Shown: positions 42,135 to 52,362, counted from the stretch's first letter. The stretch: DNA of 64,000 bases from an uncultured Pelagibacteraceae bacterium (GCA_902521355.1 CABYRT010000001.1:57800-121799); one strand, 5' to 3'. The notes: a model not told the origin generated them from the letters alone. A program made the numbers and translations.

Positions 42135-45100
42135 TCAGCTGTTTTTCTAGCTCGAGATCTACTGCATCTATTCTCTTTGTATTTTTTGCTAGTGTTAAGT
42201 ACATAGTTGGCGTCACATATAATGTAAAGAATGTTGAAATAATCATTCCACCAAAGATTGTTGATCCAACTGCTAATCTAGACGCCTCACCTGCGCCTGG
42301 ACCTATGTTGCCTACTATAAGAGGTAACATTGCAATCATGGTGCTTAATGAAGTCATTATGATTGGTCTTATTCTTAATTTGCAAGCTTCCATCAATGCT
42401 TCCTCAATTTTTGCACCTGTTGTTCGAATTTGATTAGTATAGTCGACGATTAAAATACTATTTTTAGTGGATATACCGATTAATATAATCAAGGCGATTT
42501 GTGAAAATATATTTATCGAACTATTTAGAAATAAAATGAATACAAGACCTCCAAAAACTGCAAGAGGCACAGTCAATATTATAATAAAAGGATGGACAAA
42601 CGAGTTAAAAGTAGCAGCCATTACTAAATATGCAGTTATTAATGCTAAAGCGAAAATAAGAAATATTTCGTTACTAGTCTCTTTTAGTTCTTCGGACTTA
42701 CCTTTCCAAGTTATTTGATTTTGAGGAGCAACTCTCAACATTACATCTTCTAAATATTTTATAGCTTCAGACAATGTGTATTCTTCAGATAAAGCTGCTG
42801 ATATAGTTACTGCTCTTTGTCTATTATATCTAGGTAATGACTCAGCAGTTCCTTTCTCTTCAAATTCTACCAAACTTGCAACAGACACTAATTTTCCTGT
42901 AGTTTCAGATCTTACAAAAATCTTTGATAAGCCATCTTTATCTCTTCTATCTGCTAAATACTGCTGAAGAATAATGGGATATTCTCTTCCTTCTTTATTA
43001 TATGTTGTAACCCTCTTTCCACCGTATAATGTTTCTAATGTTCTGCCTATATTCTCTATTGAAACTCCTAAATCATTTGCTCTATTTTTGTTAGTAATTA
43101 ATTTTACTTCAGGTTTATTTTTTGTGTAATCACTTTCAATTCTAAACATATTTCTATTTCTTCTTAGCTCTCTTAAAACTTGGCTTTGAATTTGTTCTAA
43201 CTCTTCATAACTTGTCCCATAAATCACCATTTGAACTGGTTTATTGTAGCTAGAAACTCTTATAGATTGAGGTGATATAGGAAACGCAAACGTTTCTGGC
43301 ACACTAACAACTTGACCAATAGCTTCTCTTAAAACAACTTGTGTACTCTTTTCTCTATTTTTCCATTCATCTAAAAGTGCAATTATAATAAAAGTATTAT
43401 ATGAAGTTGCGGACTTACCGAAACCAGGTACCCTCATAATTAATCTTTGATAAGGGCTATCCTCTGCTTGTAACAATTTTAGTATTCTTCCCTCAATTAT
43501 TTGGGCTTTTTCTTGTGTGTACTCAAATGAACTTCCTTCATCTGTAGAGCCAATTATTAAATAAGCCCCCCTATCTTCTAATGGTATCAATTCTTTTTTA
43601 GTGAAGTTAAATAAATAAACTGAGGCTGCAATTAACAGAATTATAAATATCGAAATTGTTTTCTGTTTATTAATCCAATATTTTAAGGTGTCGGTATAAA
43701 ATTCTGTAAAAGATTTAAATCCATTATTGAATTTTTTTACAAAAAAATTAAGTTTTTCTTTTTTATTTAAAAACTTACTTCCTAACATTGGTGATAGGGT
43801 TAAGGCCACAAATGAAGAAACAACAATTGAGAAAGATAGTGCTATTGCAGTTTCCTTAAATAAAGTACCAGCTATACCCTCGATAAAAATTAAAGGTAAA
43901 AAAACTGCAACTAAAATTAAAGTTGTAGCTATTATGGCAAATGTTATTTGTCTTGAGCCTTTATAAGCAGCTACAAGTGGCGTTTCTCCTTTTTCAATTC
44001 TTGTATAAATCGCATCTGTCATTATTACAGAATCATCAGTTATTATTCCAATTGCTAAAATAAAACTTAGGAGAACAAATATATTTATAGAAAGATCAAA
44101 TATATATAAACCTAAAAACGAACCAATTAAACTTACTGGCAAAGCTACAGCTGGTACAATTACAGCTTTTAGGTTTCCTAAAAACAAGTAAATTATTACC
44201 ACAACCAAAATAAAAGCAATAATTAAACTTTTATAAACTTCCTGTATTGCAGTTCCTACATAAGTTGCTCTATTAAATGCTATTTCTAACTTTAAACCAT
44301 CTGGTAAAGATTGATTTAAAACGTTTATTTTCTCTTTAATTTGATTTGAAAGTTCGACAGTTGATGCTCCACTTTTTGCGTATATTCCAATGCCAACTGT
44401 TCTTAAATTAGCTGCATTTTTTCTTTGAGCTTTAAATAAAGTTTTCTCAGAAACTGGACCAAGCTCAACATTTGCAATATCAGAAAGGGTTGTGACTTTA
44501 TCTTTGTTTTTCTTAAGAGGAAGCTGCTTGATTGTTTCAATGTTAGAGTAAGACTTATCAATATTAAGAGTTAAATCTTTGTTACTAGCTTCTAAAGTTC
44601 CAGCGGGGATATTTATATTTTCATTTCTTAATGCTCTCTCGACTTCCTGAATAGTAAGATTATTGGCTGCTAATTTGATAGGATCTACCCAAACTCTAAC
44701 ACTTAGCTCTCTTAATCCACCGACTAAAATTCTACCAACATTTGGTACACTCGAAAAGGCATCTATAAGATATCTTTCTGCATAATCACCCAAATCTAAA
44801 TCATTCCAAGTTGGTGACGATAGAGCAACCCACATTGTAGTTGTAAAACCTGCTGCTTGTTTCAAAATTTGAGGTGGGTTAGCTTGATCTGGCAAATTGT
44901 CCGCAACTCTTGATACTCTTTCTCTTATGTCATTTGCTGCATCATCTAAATCTATATCTGTATTAAAATAAATATTTATTCTACTTCTTCCATTAAGCGA
45001 ACTAGAATCAATGTTCTTAATTCCTTCTGCTCCTCCTATAACATCTTCTATTTTTTGTGTTATCTCTTCATCAACAATTTCAGCTGAAGCAGATTTATAA

Positions 45101-45252
45101 TCGGTTTGTACCTGTACCACTGGAGGCTGAATGCCATCTGGTAATTCCCTAACAGGTAATTCCCAAAATACAAAAATTCCAAAAATAATTAGTATCATTG
45201 ACATTACCCATGCAACGACAGGTCTTTTAATACTAACTTCAGTTATATACAT
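42124..45252 (-). CDS. RND efflux permease (AcrB/HAE1 family)
   Basis: 1042 aa; intact proton relay GIITDDS, STKNSIL, RPIIMTS. Confidence 0.95.
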   Translation of the reverse strand: MYITEVSIKRPVVAWVMSMILIIFGIFVFWELPVRELPDGIQPPVVQVQTDYKSASAEIVDEEITQKIEDVIGGAEGIKNIDSSSLNGRSRINIYFNTDIDLDDAANDIRERVSRVADNLPDQANPPQILKQAAGFTTTMWVALSSPTWNDLDLGDYAERYLIDAFSSVPNVGRILVGGLRELSVRVWVDPIKLAANNLTIQEVERALRNENINIPAGTLEASNKDLTLNIDKSYSNIETIKQLPLKKNKDKVTTLSDIANVELGPVSEKTLFKAQRKNAANLRTVGIGIYAKSGASTVELSNQIKEKINVLNQSLPDGLKLEIAFNRATYVGTAIQEVYKSLIIAFILVVVIIYLFLGNLKAVIVPAVALPVSLIGSFLGLYIFDLSINIFVLLSFILAIGIITDDSVIMTDAIYTRIEKGETPLVAAYKGSRQITFAIIATTLILVAVFLPLIFIEGIAGTLFKETAIALSFSIVVSSFVALTLSPMLGSKFLNKKEKLNFFVKKFNNGFKSFTEFYTDTLKYWINKQKTISIFIILLIAASVYLFNFTKKELIPLEDRGAYLIIGSTDEGSSFEYTQEKAQIIEGRILKLLQAEDSPYQRLIMRVPGFGKSATSYNTFIIIALLDEWKNREKSTQVVLREAIGQVVSVPETFAFPISPQSIRVSSYNKPVQMVIYGTSYEELEQIQSQVLRELRRNRNMFRIESDYTKNKPEVKLITNKNRANDLGVSIENIGRTLETLYGGKRVTTYNKEGREYPIILQQYLADRRDKDGLSKIFVRSETTGKLVSVASLVEFEEKGTAESLPRYNRQRAVTISAALSEEYTLSEAIKYLEDVMLRVAPQNQITWKGKSEELKETSNEIFLIFALALITAYLVMAATFNSFVHPFIIILTVPLAVFGGLVFILFLNSSINIFSQIALIILIGISTKNSILIVDYTNQIRTTGAKIEEALMEACKLRIRPIIMTSLSTMIAMLPLIVGNIGPGAGEASRLAVGSTIFGGMIISTFFTLYVTPTMYLTLAKNTKRIDAVDLELEKQLIKK

Positions 45253-45259
45253 GTATTAA

Positions 45260-46276
45260 TTATTTTTTATTTTCTTGTTTTTCGGAGTCAGACTTTTTAA
45301 ATATATTTAATTTTTGTAACCACGCAAACATACCATTCTTGATTTCTTTAGTATCTTTTTTCTTTTTTCCACCCCAGCCAGATTTGTTTTGATTAGCTAC
45401 TTTAGCACCCTTTTTTATAGGTCTTATTATTAAATTTGGTCTGACTTTTTTTGTACCCTCAGCAACAACTTTGTCACCAACTTTTAGACCATTTAAAACT
45501 TCAACAAAACCCAGGTATCTATCTCCGGTATCAATATTTGTTTTTAATACTTTATTTTTTTCGTCAACTTTATAGATAAATATATTATCACCTTCCACTA
45601 TTGTGCTGGTATCAGGGATACTTAAGCTTTCTCTTGTGTCATATTTTATTGAAATTTCTAAAAATGAGCCAGGCAAAATTTCACCAGATGTATTATCCAT
45701 TTTTATCCTTGTTGGTAATGATCTAGTATCCTCACTAATTCGACTAGCTAACGAGTCAACTTCACCTTTATAGGTTTTATCTTTGTATCCAGAAAACTTT
45801 ATATCAACAGGTAAACCAACTTTAATAAATGGTACAAACATTTCAGGTATATCTACATCACAATAAATAATACTGGTATTTTCGAGATTAACTAAGATTG
45901 AAGATTTTGAAACTTCGATGTCTTCTGAAAATTCTCTTTTTCCAATTGTTCCATCAAACTGAGCAGTAATTTTTCTATTTTTAAGTTCTGCAATTACATC
46001 CCCCCTTTTTACTTTTTGATTAAAGTTGATAGGTTTAAGTATTTCATACTTCTCAATTTTATAGGATTGTGTTTTAAATGGTCTTGCTGTTCCGTATGTG
46101 CTTATTAAATTTTCAAAAACTCTATTTTTAGCTGCAGTAACAATTATTCCTGGAGGTGGTCTTTTACTAAATTTCTTCTTAAAATGATTTCCAATCATTG
46201 TTCTACCAACAATCACTGTAGCTATAATTAAAAAGAAAATTATTATTATGCTTGTAATTTTTGTTGATCTTTTCAT
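45260..46276 (-). CDS. RND periplasmic adaptor (MFP) lacking the alpha-helical hairpin
   Basis: N-terminal TM, lipoyl halves QKVKRGDVIAEL / ITAQFDG, beta-barrel (IPE, LPGSF), GLKVGDKVVAEG. Confidence 0.88.
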   Translation of the reverse strand: MKRSTKITSIIIIFFLIIATVIVGRTMIGNHFKKKFSKRPPPGIIVTAAKNRVFENLISTYGTARPFKTQSYKIEKYEILKPINFNQKVKRGDVIAELKNRKITAQFDGTIGKREFSEDIEVSKSSILVNLENTSIIYCDVDIPEMFVPFIKVGLPVDIKFSGYKDKTYKGEVDSLASRISEDTRSLPTRIKMDNTSGEILPGSFLEISIKYDTRESLSIPDTSTIVEGDNIFIYKVDEKNKVLKTNIDTGDRYLGFVEVLNGLKVGDKVVAEGTKKVRPNLIIRPIKKGAKVANQNKSGWGGKKKKDTKEIKNGMFAWLQKLNIFKKSDSEKQENKK

Positions 46277-46279
46277 ATT

Positions 46280-47092
46280 TTATATTTTACCATATTCAGC
46301 CCATGAACCATCATAAATGACTGGAAGATACTTATTATTTACTTGAGAATATGCAAGTGCCAAAACACATGCTGTGATCCCAGAACCGCACGAAAACACT
46401 ACATTTTCTGGGTCATTTAAAGATAAATCTTTAAAATAAGAAGAAATTTCAGATTTACTTTTAAAAGTAAAATCGTCATTGATAAGGGTTTTAAACGGTA
46501 AGCAAATTGAATTAGGTATTGAACCACTTCTTACATTTTTTCTTGGGTCTGGAGTTGTGCCATTAAAACGATCTTTGCTTCTCGCATCAACTAAATCAAA
46601 TTTTTTTTTAATTATATTTTGGTCAATCTGATCTTTGCTCTTTACCATTCCATTATTTTCTTTTGCTTTATAGCTAGTAGTTTGAATAATTATATTATTA
46701 GCAGAGGTAATTCTTTTTTCTTTTTTCCATCTATTAAAACCTCCATCTAAAACATGTACTTTCTTTTTATCATGGCCAAAGTAAATTAAATTAAACCATA
46801 CTCTACAAGCACTTAAAACGTCAGAATTATCATAAATCACAATTTCGTCTTCGTTAGATATGCCCATAGATGATAGTATATTTTCCCACGAACTAATATC
46901 CGTTAACATATGTGGTATGTCAGTTGATTTATTAGAATTTTTGTCAATATCAAAAAAAATTGCATTTGGTATATGCTCTTTATTAAATTCTTCTTTACCA
47001 CTTCTATTTGTTGCAGGCATATGCCAAGACCCATCAATTATTTTTACATTTGAGAGATTTTTTTCTAGCCACTCAGTTGATATAAGTGACAT
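46280..47092 (-). CDS. sseA: 3-mercaptopyruvate/thiosulfate sulfurtransferase
   Basis: HIPNA, CGSGITAC, YDGSWAEY. Confidence 0.92.
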   Translation of the reverse strand: MSLISTEWLEKNLSNVKIIDGSWHMPATNRSGKEEFNKEHIPNAIFFDIDKNSNKSTDIPHMLTDISSWENILSSMGISNEDEIVIYDNSDVLSACRVWFNLIYFGHDKKKVHVLDGGFNRWKKEKRITSANNIIIQTTSYKAKENNGMVKSKDQIDQNIIKKKFDLVDARSKDRFNGTTPDPRKNVRSGSIPNSICLPFKTLINDDFTFKSKSEISSYFKDLSLNDPENVVFSCGSGITACVLALAYSQVNNKYLPVIYDGSWAEYGKI

Positions 47093-47538
47093 TAGAAACT
47101 TTTTTCCAAATATTTCTGATGATAATCTTCGGCTTTGTTATAATTTTTTGATTTTGATATTTTGGTAACGATTTTACCCTTAAATTTTTCATTAATTTCT
47201 TTCAATACTTTGTTAGCGATTTTATTTTGATTTTCATCATGAACAAATATTTCACTTCTATACTGAGTACCTACATCTGGACCTTGCCGGTTTAAAGTAG
47301 TTGGATCATGAAATTCAAAAAAGTTTCTTATTATTTCCTCATAAGAAATTTTATTATTGTCAAATTCAACTTTAACTACTTCTGCGTGATTGGTGTCACC
47401 ATAACATACTTCTTTATAAGATGTCTTCTCAGTATTACCTCCACAATATCCAACCTCTGTATTTATTACTCCATCTAACTTGCTAAATTTTATTTCGGGT
47501 CCCCAAAAACATCCAAGTGCTAAAGTTGCTATTTCCAT
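47092..47538 (-). CDS. msrA: Peptide methionine sulfoxide reductase A (short form)
   Basis: GCFWG, HDPT..NRQGPD.GTQYRS, AEDYHQKY. Confidence 0.95.
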   Translation of the reverse strand: MEIATLALGCFWGPEIKFSKLDGVINTEVGYCGGNTEKTSYKEVCYGDTNHAEVVKVEFDNNKISYEEIIRNFFEFHDPTTLNRQGPDVGTQYRSEIFVHDENQNKIANKVLKEINEKFKGKIVTKISKSKNYNKAEDYHQKYLEKSF

Positions 47539-47572
47539 TGCTAAAAATTTTAATTAATCTAAAGTTATTATC

Positions 47573-48454
47573 ATGCTTTCCAAAAATCAATTAGGCTTTT
47601 TTTACATGTTTTTATCAATATGTGCCTTTTCATTTATGGATGTAATAGTCAAGTGGTCATCAGATTATCCAATTGGACAGGTAATGTTCTTTAGAGGCCT
47701 ATTTGGTATTTTGCCAATAATTTTTTTAGTTCCTAAGACAAGATTTAGAGATTTTTACAAAACAAATAGACCAGGATTACATTTAATTAGATGTTGTTCA
47801 GGACTGATAGCTTTAGCTGCAATATTTTTGGCACTAAGAAACCTACCACTTGCAACAGTGACAAGTATTTCATTTGCTGCACCTATATTTACAACTTTGT
47901 TATCAATATTTTTACTAAGTGAGAAAGTAGGAGTATATAGATGGGCTGCAGTATTTGTTGGTTTTATTGGTGTTTTAGTAATTACCCAACCAGGATTTTC
48001 TAGCTTAAATATTTATTACATATTTCCAATAATCTTTTGTATTGGAATGTCTTACGTTGCAATTACAATTAGAAAACTTTCATCCACAGAACCAGTCTGG
48101 TTGATCTCATTCTTTTTTTCTTTTGCAATTACAATTGTTGGAGTTTTATCAATACCATTTGGGTGGATCATGCCAACTTTCAATGATTTCTTACTATTAT
48201 GTACAATTGGCTTGTTGGGAGGGACAGCTAATTTATTATTAAGTCAATCATATAAATTATCCGAGGTTTCTCTGGTTACACCTCTTAAATATTTAGGGTT
48301 AATATTTGCAATATCTTTTGGATATTTTATTTGGGATGAAATTCCCACAATTAAAACACTGATGGGTGCTTCACTGGTAATAATATCATCAATCATTATA
48401 TTTCGAAGAGAAATATATTTAAATAAACAAGTAACGGTAAGTAGAAATGAGTAA
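47573..48454 (+). CDS. DMT/EamA family transporter
   Basis: About 10 TM segments, two EamA repeats (LLSEKV..RW, IWDEIP). Confidence 0.88.
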   Translation: MLSKNQLGFFYMFLSICAFSFMDVIVKWSSDYPIGQVMFFRGLFGILPIIFLVPKTRFRDFYKTNRPGLHLIRCCSGLIALAAIFLALRNLPLATVTSISFAAPIFTTLLSIFLLSEKVGVYRWAAVFVGFIGVLVITQPGFSSLNIYYIFPIIFCIGMSYVAITIRKLSSTEPVWLISFFFSFAITIVGVLSIPFGWIMPTFNDFLLLCTIGLLGGTANLLLSQSYKLSEVSLVTPLKYLGLIFAISFGYFIWDEIPTIKTLMGASLVIISSIIIFRREIYLNKQVTVSRNE

Positions 48455-49073
48455 GGCACCGACATATTGGAAAAAAGCCAGAACATATCTTTCAAAAAAA
48501 GATAGTGTTATGAGATCATTGATTAAAAAATATAAAGATAATAATTTAACTACTAGAAAAGATGTCTTTTATTCTTTGTGCAAAAGTATAATAGGACAAC
48601 AAATAAGTGTTGCTGCTGCAGACTCTGTCTTCAAAAAATTTGAATTGGCATGTAAAAAAAAAATTAATCCAAAAATTGTTTCAAAGCTTAAAACATCACA
48701 ACTTAAAAAATGCGGTCTTAGTCGTCAAAAAATAAAGGGTATCTTGGAAATGTCTCAAAAATTTAAAGATAAAAGTTTTAATCCAAGATTAATTTCGAAA
48801 ATGAGCGATGAAGAAGCAATTATATACCTATCAACTTTAAGACAAATTGGAAGATGGTCAGCAGAGATGATTTTGTTATTTACTTATAATAGGTCTAATA
48901 TCTGGCCAGTTCAGGATATTGGGTTATTAAGAGCAATATCAAACAACTATAAAAAAAAATATTTTCCACCTGAAACTTTTGTGAAAAAGCTTGAAAAAAG
49001 ATTTTCTCCATACTGCTCTGTTGCCACTTGGTATTTGTGGCGTTCTATTGATGACGATACTATTCAGTATTAG
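48447..49073 (+). CDS. alkA: DNA-3-methyladenine glycosylase II (HhH-GPD)
   Basis: IIGQQIS, QIGRWSAEM, WPVQD, PYCSVATWYLW. Confidence 0.85.
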   Translation: MSKAPTYWKKARTYLSKKDSVMRSLIKKYKDNNLTTRKDVFYSLCKSIIGQQISVAAADSVFKKFELACKKKINPKIVSKLKTSQLKKCGLSRQKIKGILEMSQKFKDKSFNPRLISKMSDEEAIIYLSTLRQIGRWSAEMILLFTYNRSNIWPVQDIGLLRAISNNYKKKYFPPETFVKKLEKRFSPYCSVATWYLWRSIDDDTIQY

Positions 49074-49356
49074 CACCCTCCACAATAAACATATGTCTTT
49101 TTGTAGTTTGTTCAGCATAAGACCAAGCTTTTAAATAATCTTCTGAGTCATGACAAGATATGGCCATGTCATAACTGGGAAATTCCCAAATGACGGTCCT
49201 TAATATTTTGTCACCACTATAATATTTTAGTTTGCCTCCTCTAACTACAGGAGTACCACCAAATTTTTTTATAACTGGTATTGCATTTTCACCATATTTT
49301 TTTAGCTTATCTTGATCTGAAATTTCTGTATACAAACTCACCCAATATGCCTTCAT
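49060..49356 (-). CDS. DUF1330 family protein
   Basis: MKAYW..FGG...RGG...VIWEFPS...SEDY. Confidence 0.85.
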   Translation of the reverse strand: MKAYWVSLYTEISDQDKLKKYGENAIPVIKKFGGTPVVRGGKLKYYSGDKILRTVIWEFPSYDMAISCHDSEDYLKAWSYAEQTTKRHMFIVEGANTE

Positions 49357-49374
49357 ATTTGCCCCTTTTTTAAG

Positions 49375-49665
49375 TTATTCCATTCCCTCAAATATCATAT
49401 GTTCTCTAATTACATTATCTTTAAGATATGTTCTTGCCTCAACATATTCTTCAGAATCGTAGCATTTTTTGGCAGTTTCCACGTCTGGGAACTCTGCAAG
49501 TGCTATTCTAACCATTTCTCTACCCTCTAGTGCAATGTTATTAGCACTTCGAGCTAAAATTTTTCCAGAATGTTTTAATACAGCTTCCTTTGCTTTATCT
49601 GCATATTTTTTCATTCTCTCAGGGTCTTTAATTTCACTGTAAGTTGCAATCCAATAACCTTTCAT
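49375..49665 (-). CDS. DUF1330 family protein (tandem paralog)
   Basis: MKGYWIA...GKILAR...EG...EFPD...CYDSEEY. Confidence 0.85.
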   Translation of the reverse strand: MKGYWIATYSEIKDPERMKKYADKAKEAVLKHSGKILARSANNIALEGREMVRIALAEFPDVETAKKCYDSEEYVEARTYLKDNVIREHMIFEGME

Positions 49666-49707
49666 AATTCTCCTTTTTAATTTTTTTTTTTTATGTTACC
49701 AAATTTT

Positions 49708-50229
49708 ATGGCAGAAAAATTAATAATCAATTATGAAGATTATAAATTAGCAGTTGAAAAGTTAGCTCTTACAATTGAAAAAAATTACAAACCATCTGTT
49801 TTAGTAGGAATAATGAGGGGTGCAGCACCTATAATTGATATGCTATCAAGAATATTTAAATTGCCCACTGCTTATGTTGTTATTCAAAGTTATTCTGGAG
49901 AAACCGTAGAAAATAAACAGGGCGAACTTATTTTTGCAAGAGACATAAGCTCAATAGCTAAAAATGAAGACTTTAAAAATGTTTTATTAGTTGATGACTT
50001 ATCTGATACTGGACTTACTCTAAATGAAAGTATTAAATGGTTAAAAAATTATGCTCCAGTGAAAAATCATATTCAAGAAATAAAAACAGCTTGTCTTTGG
50101 AAAAAAAAATCCTCTTCTTTTACTCCAGATTTTTGTCCAATTTTATTAGATGGAGATCCTTGGATAGTTCAACCTTCAGAATATTATGATGAAATAGATA
50201 TTAATGGCTTAAAGAAAAAACATTCATAA
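49708..50229 (+). CDS. Purine phosphoribosyltransferase (XGPRT/HPRT-like; start 49708 or 49693)
   Basis: GIMRG, VLLVDDLSDTGLTL PRPP-binding motif, WIVQP. Confidence 0.82.
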   Translation: MAEKLIINYEDYKLAVEKLALTIEKNYKPSVLVGIMRGAAPIIDMLSRIFKLPTAYVVIQSYSGETVENKQGELIFARDISSIAKNEDFKNVLLVDDLSDTGLTLNESIKWLKNYAPVKNHIQEIKTACLWKKKSSSFTPDFCPILLDGDPWIVQPSEYYDEIDINGLKKKHS

Positions 50230-50260
50230 AAAAAGGCCAACTTATATAGTTGGCCTTTTT
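50230..50260. terminator. Bidirectional intrinsic terminator
   Basis: AAAAAGGCCAACT-tatat-AGTTGGCCTTTTT between convergent genes. Confidence 0.9.
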
Positions 50261-50276
50261 AATTTTTTTTTGAAAA

Positions 50277-51341
50277 TTATTTTGGAATATCTCCTTCAAC
50301 ACCTTTTACATAAACACTCATTCCAGCCAACATTCCATCATCAGCAACTTTTCCTTCGGCAACTAATATATTACCTTTTTGGTCATATATAGGACCTGTG
50401 AAAGAATGAACTTTTCCAGATGCTAGGTCTTTTTGAAGCTGCTCTACTTCTTTAACTAAGTCAGCACCCATTGCAGAATTATATGGTCCCATAGCTACCA
50501 TACCTTCCTTTAATCCATGCCATGTATCTTGTTGTTTCCATGTACCGTCCCTTGCGGCAATAGCTCTTTCGACATAATATGGTGCCCAATCATCAATAAT
50601 TGAAGTCAAAATTGATTTAGGAGCAAATCTCTGCATGTCACTTGCTTGACCAAATGACCATACACCTGCTTTCTCTGCAGTTTGAACTGGTGCCGTACTA
50701 TCTGTATGTTGCATAATTACATCTGCACCTTGATCGATTAAAGCTTGCGCTGCTTCAGCTTCTTTACCTGGATCGTACCAAGTAAACACCCATACAATTT
50801 TAGTTTTAATATTTGGATTGACCTTTTGTGCAGCAAGAGTCATTGCGTTAATTCCTCTTATTACTTCGGGAATTGGAAAAGATGCAATATAGCCAATTGT
50901 GTTAGTTTTGGTCATCTTTCCAGCAATATGGCCTAAAAGAGTTCTTCCTTCGTAAAATCTTGCAGAATAAGTAGAAACATTTGAATGCTCTCTTTTATAA
51001 CCTGTTGCGTGTTCAAATTTTACGTTTGGAAAATCTTTTGCAACTTTGTTAGTTGGATCCATATATCCAAAACTAGTTGTAAAAATTAAGTCGTGGCCAG
51101 ATTGAGCCAGTTGTCTTATTACTCTTTCTGCGTCAGCACCTTCTGGAACACTTTCAACAAATGTTGTTTTTATTCCAGCTGCCTCTACAGCGTTTCTACC
51201 TTCGTGATGTTGAAATGTCCATCCATGGTCACCAGTTGGGCCAACATAGACAAAACCAACTTTAAAATCTGCATTTGAGTTTACACTAAACCCAAGTAGA
51301 AAAATTGCAGAAATTAAATATCTAAAAAAGTTTTTATACAT
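50277..51341 (-). CDS. BMP-family ABC substrate-binding protein, purine/nucleoside (start reassigned to 51341)
   Basis: GAGGGG RBS before MYKNFF plus signal peptide; GDHGW, TSFGYMD, WYDP, QHTDS. Confidence 0.9.
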   Translation of the reverse strand: MYKNFFRYLISAIFLLGFSVNSNADFKVGFVYVGPTGDHGWTFQHHEGRNAVEAAGIKTTFVESVPEGADAERVIRQLAQSGHDLIFTTSFGYMDPTNKVAKDFPNVKFEHATGYKREHSNVSTYSARFYEGRTLLGHIAGKMTKTNTIGYIASFPIPEVIRGINAMTLAAQKVNPNIKTKIVWVFTWYDPGKEAEAAQALIDQGADVIMQHTDSTAPVQTAEKAGVWSFGQASDMQRFAPKSILTSIIDDWAPYYVERAIAARDGTWKQQDTWHGLKEGMVAMGPYNSAMGADLVKEVEQLQKDLASGKVHSFTGPIYDQKGNILVAEGKVADDGMLAGMSVYVKGVEGDIPK

Positions 51342-51429
51342 TTTGAATTTCCCCTCTAAATTTTTTTTGTGAAGCTTCAAGTTAATCAAAATTCAAAAAA
51401 AAAAAATAATTATTTTCGAATAGCTAACA

Positions 51430-52362
51430 TTACTTTTCCTTATAGAATATTCTTCCTAAGGAAGTTGGGGTATTCAGTTTTATTTTTCTACTGTCACGAG
51501 AGATTACAACTAAAACTATTATTGTCATCAGATAAGGTAATGCACTTAAAAATTGAACCGGTATTCTAAACCCAATTGCTTGCATATGTAATTGTAGAAT
51601 TGTAATCCCACCAAAAATTAAAGCACCAATTAAAACTTTTATAGGACTCCAGGTTGCAAATACAACCAAAGCCAAAGCTATCCATCCTCTTCCAGCTGTC
51701 ATATTTTCAATCCACTGGGGAGTGTATATTAAAGATAGATATGCACCTGCTAAGCCACACATAGCTCCTCCATAAAGAATACAACAGTATCTAACTAGAA
51801 TAACATTTATACCTTGATTAGATGCCGAAACAGGCGAATCACCAACAGCTCTAACAACTAAACCTAATTTAGTTTTTTTCAAAAAATAATTAGTTAAAAA
51901 TGGTAAAGCAAAAGCAAAATATAAAACTATAGAGTGTCCAAATAATATTGGACCAAAAAACGGAATACTTTCTCTTAAACTTGAAAATAAAATTGGAAAA
52001 TCTTTTCCAGGGATACCAACAAAATTTTTTCCTAACATTGCAGATAAACCAATGCCAAAAATAGTTAAAGCCAAACCTGTTGCAACATGGTTTGTAAGAA
52101 GAGATTGCGTTAAAAATCCAAAGATTAGTGAGATTATAACTCCTGATAACATAGAGCCTATGATTGCTATAAAAAGGTTATCTGTTATTACCATTAAGGC
52201 AAAACCAGATATTGCTCCGATTATCATCATCCCTTCGACACCTAAATTTAAAACACCCGATCTTTCAGTAATCAATTCACCTGACGCAGCAAGTATTAAT
52301 GGCACTGATGAAGCCATTATTGATCCTATCAGAATTCCTATAAAACTAATGTCTAAGCTCAT
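51430..52362 (-). CDS. Nucleoside ABC transporter permease
   Basis: ERSGVLNLGVEG, GRGWIALA, ALPY. Confidence 0.92.
   Translation of the reverse strand: MSLDISFIGILIGSIMASSVPLILAASGELITERSGVLNLGVEGMMIIGAISGFALMVITDNLFIAIIGSMLSGVIISLIFGFLTQSLLTNHVATGLALTIFGIGLSAMLGKNFVGIPGKDFPILFSSLRESIPFFGPILFGHSIVLYFAFALPFLTNYFLKKTKLGLVVRAVGDSPVSASNQGINVILVRYCCILYGGAMCGLAGAYLSLIYTPQWIENMTAGRGWIALALVVFATWSPIKVLIGALIFGGITILQLHMQAIGFRIPVQFLSALPYLMTIIVLVVISRDSRKIKLNTPTSLGRIFYKEK

Noticed and set aside
51342-51389. N-terminal extension of the BMP protein
   Set aside because: An SD and a signal peptide support the ATG at 51341.
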